DNA of 64,000 nt. It comes from Podarcis tiliguerta (lineage: Eukaryota). The DNA is taken from the NCBI GenBank assembly GCA_965153285.1, contig OZ229111.1; one strand, written 5' to 3'. This document shows, one piece after another, positions 9,974-21,985 of this stretch (within the stretch, counting starts at the first letter, position 1; every line of letters begins with the position of its first letter). Under the pieces are notes generated by a model. The model was not told the DNA's origin and made no database searches. It saw nothing but the letters and a program-made list of their open reading frames with translations. Position numbers and translations under genes: made by a program.

Positions 9974-12916
9974 TATATCAACAATGAAACCGTCAAAGTG
10001 ATATGTGTTGTTAATACTAGTTGTACTACTTAGAACCAAGAATGCTTTAGAAGAAACCACAAGATTGTCAAATTGAATCTTTTAGCCAAAGGCAGAAGAC
10101 TGCATATATCAGTCCCCTTATAGAACATAGAACCTAAAATGTATTCAAACCCAATGTGTGTATTTCAAAACATTTTGGCCCCATTTCAGGGAAAGCTGTG
10201 TCGTATCTAGGTACTGTTTGAATTGATATAATTTTCAACATTAGGTCATCCCAAGCATTTTAAAGAAAATTTAAATCCAATGATCTTGCTTGGATCAGTG
10301 TGTCTGTAAATGTGGCAGCTCTTCACATCCCAGTAAGGGGAAAGGACTTCAAGGTATTGGGTACACTGCTTATTGCTGTTAACTTCTGGGAAGAGCCTGA
10401 CTATTCCTTGCAATTTGTTACTCACCAAGTGTAGTCCAAAAGACCCATCAAGAGCTGTTAAAATTCTTGTGTTTACTTGGAACTTCAAAAAATGAGGGTG
10501 GCCATGTAGATATTTTTTTGGGTGGGGGCAAGTTTTATCCAGATATGTTGAAGTATCCAAACTGAAAGGTGCTTTCTGTTTACCTTACAGAGTGAAAGAG
10601 AAGGTTCCAATGAACTGTACTATTTTCATCTGCCCAAAAGATATTTGGGTTTGTGTTCGTCAAACATTCCCCCTCCCCTCATGCTACATGGCATATTGCC
10701 TTTTTGAAAACAAGGGAATTTCAAACACACTTTGTAATGCCACGTTCAAAGGAAATCAAGATGCCCTTGGGGAAGCCTAACTCCTTGGCCATGTCTAACA
10801 AAATCCTTTGGATCCTGGCCAAGTAATTAAAAGGATATTATACAAGTATAGTGTACAAATGGTTCAGGCAAAGTGGTGTAATGTTAAGCTTCTAGATACT
10901 TTTGGGTAGCATCTGTTGGGGTTTTAAATGAGAAGGGTGCATGTTCATTGTTTTACAGACTACAATTCCCATTGTTAAATTATTTTTAAGGAAAGCGTTC
11001 TCCATGGAAACTTGCCCTCTGACCTTGGGTTTGTCATGTTTAAATGGACCTAGGCTTGTTTCACTATAAACCTATTGGTTGATTCAGTCTGACGTAATGA
11101 CGGCATTCAGATGGATCATATTTCAGCTTCATGACTTGAACTGAAAATGAGCCCTCTGCACTCAGAAGAGGCAACTTTGCTCCTTCTTTCATGTAGGTGG
11201 GGAAATGACCCAGAAAGCTGGAGCTGACCTTAATTTCCAGTGTGGATGTAGAAGGAACCTATGGTTAATGGCTTCCAAGCAAGCCAGGATCTGACAGGCA
11301 GCCAACTTTAAACCATAGCCTGATATCCCGGTTTGATTGAAAGCTATTAACCATAATTTCCTAGTGCGGATAAAATGGGGAGCTGTGGATAAATGTGGCT
11401 TCCTTCCCTGTGTGTACAAATGCGGGAGCAAAAGCAGCTGTGTGCAGGGGGTTTGTTCATATCTCTGCTTATTAAACTGAGATATGATGGTCCAAGCATG
11501 GCTAGCATGTTGCTTCAAGATGCAAATCAAATGCAGATAATTTTTTTAATGGGTTTGTGTAACACTTAAGTGAATTTGTTTCTAAATTACAAGCATATAC
11601 ACTTTCTAAATAATAAACTAGGTAATAGAAATGAATACCAGTATCATTATTTTAATAATAGTAACTATATGTATAATCCACCCCTGAACCTGAAGGTTCC
11701 CAGGGTAATATGTAACATTTCATCAAATGTAATGCAAAGCATTAAAATGTAGTATACAACAGGTGACATAAAAATAATAAAATCAGTAAACAGCTTCAGA
11801 AGAATCAGTCTTTAAACCAGCCATTTCTGTAGGCCTGAACAAGAATGAATGTCATAAGTGTGCATCCTACAGATCTCTATTTAGATTTTAATGGGTTGTT
11901 GCAACAGAGAACTGAGACTAAGCACTATCTCTTCTCAGTTGCTTATTTGTAGTGACCTGCTTGCCTCTTGTCATGTACTACAATTAAAAGATGTTTGGAT
12001 CAGAAATTAATGTTATTTATTAAATTGCATAGTTGCTTGCACTATTCCAAACAAAAAGGCATCTCCTAAAGAAGCCTTTCCTAGCTTCTAAATGTATACA
12101 TATGCCTGTTTGCACCGCTAAAAATTCACATCCATTCTGCTTTGATTCCTTAGTTATTTTAGATTCAATGCAAGTTTTTGGTGAGAATTTCAGGAGCAAT
12201 AAAGATAGAAAAGTTTTATACAGCTTCTGAATGTTTGATGCACTTCATGTACATCATAGTGAAAATGATTGCAAAAAGTACTGGCTTTATTTTCCTTTGG
12301 TTAAAACCTACTAAGTTTTACTTTCAGTAGATTCACTAAAATAAATGGACAAAAGTTATTTGTTTGTTTCTTAAAGAATTGTATTCAGCAAAACGCTAAG
12401 GAGATTATTTTTAATAACAACAACAATTTTTATTAGCTTTCAACAGTGTATAAACAAAACAAGAAGTTTTCCCCATTCCCATCCTCTTCCCTCAGAAAAC
12501 AAAGAATAATGTATAAGATTTTGTCATAATTCCATAGGCATGGTTGGTGGTTCTACTCATCAGGATGTTTGTTTCAGCATTTTGTGATAGGGTACCAAAC
12601 TTTTTTTTAAAAAAAACCAGATGTGTTGTTTAAGGCATGTACCCTCTTTGTTAGTTTTTCGGTTAGGAAAATTAGCCATACATTCCGTCTCATTATGTGA
12701 TATTCTTTTTCAGTTCTGTGCTTATAAGCGATCTTGCTAAGGAGATTGTTCTGTCTTTTTCTGCTTGCCCAGTAGAACAGTCTTACCTCTCCTTCCCTTG
12801 TGTATTGTTCTGGGGAATTCTCCCGACCCTCCTGCAGATTTGGGGAGCAAATGATGGGGACGTCCCACTGATCTACTGGGAATCATTGTGCTGGCTTCCA
12901 GTAGTGGAATATGGCA

Positions 12917-12992
12917 CACTATATTTCTATCCTACCCTTCCTCCCAAAGGAGCCCACTATATTTCTATCCTACCCTTCCTCCCAAAGGAGCC
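12917..12992. repeat. Perfect 38-bp tandem duplication at the tail of an old SINE/L2-type fragment
   Basis: cactatatttctatcctacccttcctcccaaaggagcc x2. Confidence 0.9.
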
Positions 12993-13603
12993 CAGGGCAG
13001 CAAACACCAAAGGAATACAGGGGGAAACACTTGCATTTGGGAGCCCCACTGGGAGCAGCCTTACCTGAGAGCTCTAGAGTGGAGCCAGCTGCAGCTTAAA
13101 GTGGGGGTTGTAGTCAGCACTGAATTTAAATTTGAGCTGTGGCTGCAGAGCAGAGGATAGGCCCAGATCTGGATCTACCTCATCAGCCTGATCCAGATCC
13201 CCACTCCTTTGGAGTAAGCAGTGTGCTTTTTGTCATTTTAAATAAGCTTTAACCAGTAAGTCTGAAACCACCTTTCATTTTATATAAATATGATGCTCTC
13301 ATATTAGTCCCTTTGCTTTGTTCCTTTCCATCATGAATCACTGTTTAAAAATCAACAAGTGTAAGTGAAAATAGTCACACACCTATGTTTATTTAAGAAT
13401 AAATGCCAATATAGCAAATGGGGATTTGTTATCTAGTAACCTAATAGCAACCAAGACCATTCATGTTTGCATAACATTCGAGCAAACGTTCACAAATATA
13501 TTCACACTTCAATACCTTTCTCTGCCCATCTTCAAATGGAAGAGAGGTGATGATTTTCTTCCCTTGTGCAGAAGTGAAAAGTCTTTTTTTAAAAAAATAT
13601 ATA

Positions 13604-13877
13604 CAGTGGTACCTCGCAAGATGAATGCCTCACAAGACGAAAAACTCGCAAGACGAAAGAGTTTTTTGTTTTTTGAGTTGCTTCGCAAGACGAATTTCCC
13701 TATGGGCTTGCTTCGCAAGACGAAAACGTCTTGCGCCTTTTTCTTAAAACCATCAATGCATTCCTATGGGAAACCGTCAATGCATTTCCTATGGGAAACC
13801 ATGCTTCGCAAGACGAAAAATTCACAAGACGAAAAAACTCGCAGAACGAATTAATTTCGTCTTGCGAGGCACCACTG
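13604..13877. mobile_element. Tc1/pogo-type MITE with internal CGCAAGACGAA repeats
   Basis: ta-cagtggtacctcgcaaga ... tcttgcgaggcaccactg-ta. Confidence 0.9.
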
Positions 13878-14308
13878 TATTCATGAGTTGCAGTTATGAT
13901 TTCTTAATGGAGACCTCTCCATCTCCCTCTTCTCCAGCCAGAAGTGCACAGAATACACCTCAATCCGTGACCTCAAAATGAATCTGCATCAGTCTCTTTT
14001 TTTGGTGGTTCCTCTGCAGTTCCCTTCCTATTGCAACATACTGGTTTTGAACCTCCCATAACTTGAGGCCAAATAGATAGCAAATAGATGCGTTGATGAT
14101 AGCAACATATTTCCCCCTCATGCGTGTCTTGACCCATTCTCTTTATCATCAAATGGAGTATGGGAAGTGATGAGTGCTGAATCTTCCCTGTTTTCCTCCT
14201 GCAGCTTACCTATCCTCATTCATTTGGTTCAGGCACTATCCTGCCTTTCCTGCTCACTTCTGGGTATTAGAGCAATGAAAGAAGACAAGTGCCAAGAACT
14301 GCTGACTA

Positions 14309-14374
14309 AAAGAAGATAGTATATGTGTTCATTTTAATGTTAAAGAAGATAGTATATGTGTTCATTTTAATGTT
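14309..14374. repeat. Perfect 33-bp tandem duplication
   Basis: aaagaagatagtatatgtgttcattttaatgtt x2. Confidence 0.9.
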
Positions 14375-17139
14375 AAAATATGCCTTCTGCTTTGCATTGT
14401 GATGTCATGTCAGAATTTGGTACTGAGGGGTGGACTTTAACCCATCACTGTGACTCTAGGGTAAAAAGAGAAATACCAATTTACAACCCAACTGGTTTTT
14501 AAGAAAGATGCATCGGTGCAATTCAAGCCACGAGGAAGACGTTTATCTGTTAACTGCTTATTATTTCCACATAATGCCGATTATTAACTGTGTGTTATAA
14601 CTGCCTGTTATTTCTACAAAATGCTTTAAAAATTCTTCACAAAATGTGTGATGCAATAAATAGAAGAACCTTGGGCACTCATCTGTGCCACTCTGCCCGT
14701 GCTAGAGCATTAAGCTGAAGTTGCTTCCCAGTTCTTTATTTTAAGATTGCAGTTCCTTCTTTGATCCGAAGGTACAGATATAGTTTAAATGAGGAACTGG
14801 GATTTGAATATCTCTGCACCCTCAAATATGTTCTGGGCTATTTTTAATGATACATATCACCAATGCCTTCTAAGGTTCCATATGCCCTATAAGCCCTGTA
14901 TGCTACAGCGGCATATATTTTTTGTTTTTGAACATGTACTATCCAACAGAAGGCATAGAGCATAGATAAGGAACTGGATTCTTTTAGGGCATGGCCTGCT
15001 AATTAGATGGATGTATGAGTATGAGTGGCCCAAAGTTTTGGGGTATAGAGATGTGGGATTTGGAAGGAGGTATTTGAAATGGAGAAACCGAGGGCAGTGA
15101 GAGGGTTTGAATCCCCCTCCCCTGCCACTTTGTGCTCAAAATTGCAGTCTCCTAAAGTTAATTTTCATAGTGAAAAATGTACAATGATATGTCCTAATGG
15201 ACAGGGACATAACCTATTGTTTACTGTTGGGCTGCATAAAGCATTGGTCTGATTCACATGTAATACTAAGCTATATTATAGCTCGCTGTCAACATGCAAG
15301 CATACTGTTGTCTAGGATGAAAACTGTTGCCACTTGACTCTTTTCCTGCTACACTACCTAGAGATAAGCCTTAGCTTGACTCAGCATGATGTCTAATCGC
15401 AGAATCATGATTTGTCTCAAGCAGCTGTGGTTTTCTTCCTGGGTGCCATCATGCACAGTTGTTCATGGTAAGTCATAATTTGACTTAGTGGCCATGTTCA
15501 CATGCAACACTGTGACCCTTACACCAAGGAGAGGCATTGTGACCATGTTTAGGCACCTCTGCTTGAAACACCATCTATACTTCCTGTTCATACACATCAC
15601 TAGTGAAAGTGGTATGGCAATAAGCAACAAATAGGTATTCAAACGTTTGCCACTAGTTTGACATTTTGGTTCATCCTAATTAAAGTATTGCATAACTGTG
15701 GGGTTTGAACAAATAGCTAGGTGACTTTTCTTGCTGTTTCACTGTTCATGTTGCAGTTTGTAAGTGACATTCTAATGAATAAATACATGTAGCTTTGTAA
15801 ACTACCATTTTTAGTTCAACACAAAAGTCTAATTCCATCCATCCAAGAGGGCCACACTTGTTGAGAACTGAGATCAATAAGCAAGACAGGAGAATTGCTC
15901 TTGAACATTGCAGGTGCACACACGTTTGTGCTCATTTGTTTTGAAATCGAAATAGTAAAAAAACCATAATATGATAACTTAAAATGTGGGAGATGTCAGA
16001 ATGCTTTCTTTTTCAAAGCATACTTGAATTTTAATAATAGGGTGAGAAGTAAAATATAAAAACATAGTCTGTCGTCGAAGGTCTCTTTGCTGAAAGACAG
16101 AGATTCTGTTCTGTTCTGTTCTCCATGACTCAAAAGTTTCTACTCTGAACTTTTAATGGTAGGAGTCATGTGTGCCGCAGATGGCTTTTCTAACAATTAC
16201 CTCTGTAATATGAAGTGTAATTCATGTATCCCGCTATTCTGAAGTCACCTTGATTACTCATGAGGAAACTATGCAAAAAGTGAGCAGTAGGAGCTGCTAC
16301 TACTACTCATGAACACACATCTGAACATGACAAAAGTACAGAGGCTTACAAAGATTTGTGTAGCAATTACTCTTCCCTTTTTGAATTACTTCAGTTGACA
16401 TATGGACAACAGAGAGGAACTTATGAAGCAAAGGTAAAGGGGCTGGCCTTTATCAGCCGAGTGTTCTTGCCTTATGGTAACAATCAGCATGGAAGATAGC
16501 CACATTTACAACTTGTGTAAAGGCTTCATAGTCCTTTTGCTACATCAGGAGAAGGACTGTAACCAAAGTAGTGTCATTGCCTTGCTGTTCATAGTTTTAT
16601 ACAGTCCTAATGCTAGCAGAGGCAGAGGGGTTCTGATCTGACTGTGTTGCCTAGCATAACGCATGAGCCAGAGATCTGCCCTGGGTGACCAATTGAGACT
16701 TTGGCTCTGTTCCTAGGGAAAGAACTAGCAGGGCCATAGATCTGTAGGCTTGGGGCATTGCATTTTGGATAAGTTAAGGTGGCAGGTGACAACCACGGAC
16801 ATGAACCAAGCTTGGCTCCATTCAAAACTGGCACTACTGTCCACCTATGGGGAAGGGAAGATGGTCTGTGCTCCTGCTGTGGCAGAAGAGAGGACAAAAT
16901 ACTTCGCAACTGCATTGCAGGGGAGGGGGGGAGAGAGTGTATTTTGGGAGGGGGTAGGGGAGTTGGCAGCACCATACCAAGGGCCTCCAGAAGTCTGGGC
17001 CTGGTTTTATATGATGCAGATAAATACACACAACATACAAAATAGATGCTTCGGTTGAGGCTTAATAGTTTAATCCTCTATATGTCTGCTCAGGAATAAA
17101 TCCCAATGGGTTTATTCGTATTTGATGGCTGCCTAAATC

Positions 17140-17305
17140 TCTCACTGGTATGCCTCTAAATACCAGCTCCTGGGAACCACACATGGGAAGAGTATTGTTG
17201 TGCTCATGTCCTGCCTGTGGGCTTCCCATGGGCACCTGGTTGGCCATTGTGAGAAAAGGTTGCTGGACTAGATGAGCCTTTGATCTGATCCAGGAGGGCT
17301 CTTCA
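17140..17305 (+). mobile_element. Old LINE/SINE 3'-end fragment (CR1-like tail)
   Basis: 'gggcacctggttggccattgtgagaaaaggttgctggactagatgagcctttgatctgatccagg'. Confidence 0.55.
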
Positions 17306-20261
17306 GTTAAGTAGGACTTTCATTTGTGCTCTGATTTAGTTAGGGTTCCTAATCCTATTTGTTTGCATGCCAGTGGAACTTACACAGGAAGGAGAAGAAG
17401 GGAGGACATGAAGGTGTCTTAATCCTAAATTCAAAAGCTTGCAGATGACCTATTACTCTGGTAAAAACATGATTTCAACAGACTCAATCCCCATAAAGTC
17501 TTCTAAAGGAGAGAGTTGTAGTTCCTTACGTGACACTGAGTAGGGTGTGTGGTATTGTGGAACCATTGTGTTCTGAGCTCCTTGTTAGAGTACACATAGA
17601 CTGGTCATAGACTGAAGTCAAGAATGTCTCTGCTCTGCTGACTTGTGAAGACAGTGCATTCGTTTAACATTTTCTACAAACTTGTCAGAGCAGTTTTCTT
17701 TCTGTCTCCTAGTTAGCCCCAGGAGGAATTCTGACTCAGCTTCCTTATGGGTGCTGTTGCTGCAGTACAGCCTCTACCTATATCCGCCAAAGTGCCTTAG
17801 GCCGCAAAATCAGTAATTCACCTCCAATCTTTCATTACTGCTTTTCTTGGTATTTCCCCCCCTCCTCCCTTGACTTTGGCAAGCTGCATTTTTAAAAGCC
17901 ATGGGTGGAATTAAAAAGTGTGCTGTTATTACCAGCGTTCCATCTGCGCAAGCATATCAGTTTGCCAAATGATATAATCCAACCATATTTCAGGCGGCAT
18001 AGGGAGGAGCAGGAAAGTCGTGTTTGTTACCTGAATTCTACCCCATGTTACCTGTTTTCAAACTCTGACATATTTCAGATGCTACACTTTCTCTGAAAGT
18101 TTATGGAGTTAGTCCAGCTTTGCTTTGCTTTCCAGGTGGACGCTTTAGATAGGGGTAGCACCAAAAGCTGCAGATAGTGGAGGCACTATGCAACAACATT
18201 GGAACGAGAAGAACAAAGAAGGGCAATGTAGGTTTTGAAAAGGTCCGAGCTGTCTTTCATTTCATGAACTCATAGAATCTGTATGATACTAGGGAAAGGA
18301 AAGGGACTGCTCACCCCTATAGCTTTCCCTATGGCTGCACAGACAGGCATGTACGAACATCACTGTAAAGAGGAGGTACACTGTTCAGTGTCTCTTGGCT
18401 TTCCAGTGCACTGTAGTTCCAGCAGGTCAGACAAGTTCTGCACGAAAAGACTCATGAATTACTAAACTGTTTTAAATGGAGAGGGTGTGGTATTGAGCAA
18501 AAGATAGTAGTGAGCCAGGAAATTGATTCCTCAGGCAATTCTCATCATTTATGTATTTCATTAATTATATTTCCTTGCTTTGCCCTTTGCAAAATAGGTG
18601 GTGTTGCAGGTGATACTGGTATGCTGGATGAATTTTAACCCATTTTCTAAGTAGGATTCTATTCTTGCATAACAAGGTTGGTTCCTTGAGAGGAGTAATC
18701 TATCACTACTGTACAAGATAAGTCTTCTATATACAGGTTTTTTTTTGGTGAGACTCCTGAGGGGTAAGAATCCATGGTATTCCTGAATTCCTTTCTAGTG
18801 CATGGGCTATAAATCCAACACACAGTGCTCCTTTCTAATGCTTTTGGTTGCCACTTGGCTAGGAACTCCCCTTCCTGGCCTAAGCTGATCCTGGCAAACT
18901 GAGTAGAAGCATTAGCCAGAGTGTTTGAGTTGTATGTAATACAAGTCCTGCTCAGAGCAGAGCAATTGAAATTAATGGACAGGAATAACTTGGGTCCATT
19001 AATTTCACTTGGTCTAGTGTGAGTAGGGCTCACATTGGATATAACTTGTGGAATACTCTCCTCAGGGAAGTTTGCCTGACGCCTTCATTATACACCTTTA
19101 GGCAAAAACATTCCTTTTTAACCAGGCCTTTGGTTGATTTGATTGGCATGCTATGCCCTTTTAAAATATATGTGTGTGTTGGGGGGGGGTGTTATTACAG
19201 GTGAAGATAGAAATCAGTGTCCAAGCAATGCTGCAATATTTTGTTTTGACTTGCTGACCCTAGCATGGGGAAAGGTTTAGGCTTCTTCAGGCATCAAAAT
19301 GCCTTGGACCAGCACCAATCCCCTGGCTTCATTTTGCAAAAGCAGTGTTTCCTAATGAAGTTGGATGGAGAAAAATACATGGCTAGAGGAGGCAATCTTG
19401 AAATATACCACTGGGTTTGGGAAAAGTGTACTTGCAAAAAACAACAACTAAGAGGCATGTAACAAAGCTTGCTATATTTAGTAGATGTCAGCATCACTCT
19501 TATTATGCTGAATTTTTGAATATTATAGGATAAAGGGTTTTTAGTTTTGCTTGCACTTGCCACTGCAGGCAGAATTACTCTTCTGTGAGGGTTAGCTTAT
19601 TTTTAAAAGTACTATCTTAATCTTCTTAATCTAAATGTTTGCGAGCAAGATCTAATTCCTTGCTCCCATAATGTGTTTAACAAAACTTCTTAATAAGAGT
19701 AGGAAAAAAGTTAATGAAAATACACCTAATTACTGCTATAGGCATTGTCTTTCTGCTTCAGATAACTACAATTTCTTAAATATACACTTTTATAGGTAAT
19801 AGTTCAGTTACATGTTCTGTTGACATGAAGTGCATTGGCTAAGAGTCAGGATGTCCCTGTTTCAAATGTCACCTTAGTCATAAATCTGTTAACAGCCAAG
19901 ACCTTATCAGTGTGTTTTTCTCTATATCTGTATAACAAAATACGTATTTGCATGTGGACACACACATCAAGGATTCCTGACTCTTAGTCAGCATGCTTAA
20001 GTTCCCAAAATGTGACTCTAGTTTTCTTTTTTAATCTCAGTGAGCTTTTGTATGTGTGCATTTAAAAACAAGATAGTTTTTCTGTTTTAAAAAGAGAACA
20101 ATACAAATCTGAATATTCAAATATATTTAGGACACAGAGAAGACTCATCTAGATGGGCTTATAGATGAACTTTTTAAATAAATTAGGAAGATACAGAGTC
20201 TGAGGCCTGTGCCTGAAGGTGCCAGTGAAGCTTTTGCAGGTGTCATGATACCTGTGGGTGC

Positions 20262-20570
20262 TAGGGCTGGGTGATATCAGCTTCTCAGCATGGTGATATA
20301 TCTCCAGCCAAATATCTCAATATAGTGATACATCATGATGTTAAAAAGCGGAGGGAGGAACAAGCAGCATCTGCCCCGGCCCCTGTGAGGTGGCAGGCTG
20401 AAACCACTGCCACTTCCACCACCGCCACTACCCAGGGCAGAGAGGGAGGAAGCCGGAGAAGATAACACACAGGTAAATGCCCCCTGCAATATACCTCTGG
20501 GTGAAGGCACCATCACACTCTGGTCCTCAAACTGGTCCTGGGTGATGTATCAATATCTTGCCCAGGACTA
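20262..20570. mobile_element. hAT MITE with TAGGGCTGGG TIRs
   Basis: tagggctgggtgatatc ... atatcttgcccaggacta; 8-bp TSD gtgggtgc/gtgggtgt. Confidence 0.8.
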
Positions 20571-21276
20571 GTGGGTGTTGGGTTTGTGACCCCTGCTTTT
20601 GGATCAGGCAGGGTAGACATACTACCTGGCTTTCATGTCTTCATAGGTTGTGATATTACTGGTTTTGCTTGTCAAGGGAATCTCTCTTGTTGCCTTCCCA
20701 GCTTAGATTGGGTGCAGCACTATTGGATGCCAGTTTTCTGGACAGTGTGGTGGCCAGTTTGAATGCTTCCACTGCAGTACATGTGGGCATGGCAACATGT
20801 GGATGTCCTACCCCATGGAAAATCGCGTGTCGGAGGCTGACTGCAGCTGGGACTTGTCGGAGGCTTGATGCTACTGAAGCCTGTTTCCATGGATCCTCAC
20901 AGATGTTGTGGGGTTGTGCATTCCCTCAACAGAGGGAAAAGCCATGACCTAATCCTGTTCCACACATTCCCCACAAAACCCACACATCTAACAGAGTGCT
21001 CCTGGACAAAGACTAGTTCTCAAAGACCAAGGAAGCAATTGCAGTTTTTTCCAGTTGCCTGTAGGGGACAGTGTTGTATTAAATATATATCTGGAAATTG
21101 ATGTCTGTATGTGTCCTAGAATTCCCATAACAATTCCTTTGTTACAGTGGCGAGAGGGGCGGCTGAAGAGTTTTCTGGAACCTCAAAGACTTGTGGCGTA
21201 ATTTTCTTCTGAACTAGGCGCCACTTTATGTATCTGATAATGTGTAATGTTCAGATGGCAGTTACATAGTGGTTAC

Positions 21277-21279
21277 AGA

Positions 21280-21315
<36 letters not shown>
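21277..21315. repeat. (AG)n microsatellite
   Basis: Direct observation. Confidence 0.95.
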
Positions 21316-21320
<5 letters not shown>

Positions 21321-21533
21321 AACAAAGGACCCAAAAGGCCATAAAATGCAAGAGATAGTAGTAGGTCTGTAGTATTACTAATCTGAGCTGAAATGTATGC
21401 AAGATAAGAACAGAAGAGCCCATTCACAGCAGCAGTTACTGCTAATTATCTTTTTAGCTATGCTGGCCTTGTGTAATGCCTGTAGTGGAAAAGAAACTCA
21501 CATTCTTTTAAGTCTGATTTGAATGGAACGTGC

Positions 21534-21537
<4 letters not shown>

Positions 21538-21593
<56 letters not shown>
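21538..21593. repeat. Compound (GT)n(GA)n microsatellite
   Basis: Direct observation. Confidence 0.95.
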
Positions 21594-21771
21594 TACATAC
21601 ATACATAGCCATTTGTATTCATCTCCCACCCCCCCATGTGTCACACACAGTTGGCCAACGGTATTTTTTTTTTCCTACACAAAAGAATGCAAGTCCACTG
21701 AATCTAACATATCATAGCTTTTAAGGTGCCACGAGGCTTTTTTGTGTTTGCTGTTGAAAATATTTATAGTA

Positions 21772-21985
21772 CAGTGGTACCTCTGGTTACGTACTTAATT
21801 CGTTCCGGAGGTCCGTTCTTAACCTGAAACTGTTCTTAGCCTGAACCACCACTTTAGCTAATGGGGCCTCCTGCTGCTGCCACCACGCAATTTCTGTTCT
21901 CATTCTGAAGCAAAGTTCTTAACCCGAGGTACTATTTCTGGGTTAGCGGAGTCTGTAACCTGAAGCGTAACCTGAGGTACCACTG
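21772..21985. mobile_element. Tc1/pogo MITE family A (inverted relative to 1178)
   Basis: TIRs cagtggtacctc/gaggtaccactg, TA TSD; interior is the reverse complement of 1178-1408. Confidence 0.9.

Noticed and set aside
13907-13980. ATGGAGAC.. as the METPLD exon of VGLL4
   Set aside because: Translates METSPSPSSP, with no similarity beyond three residues.
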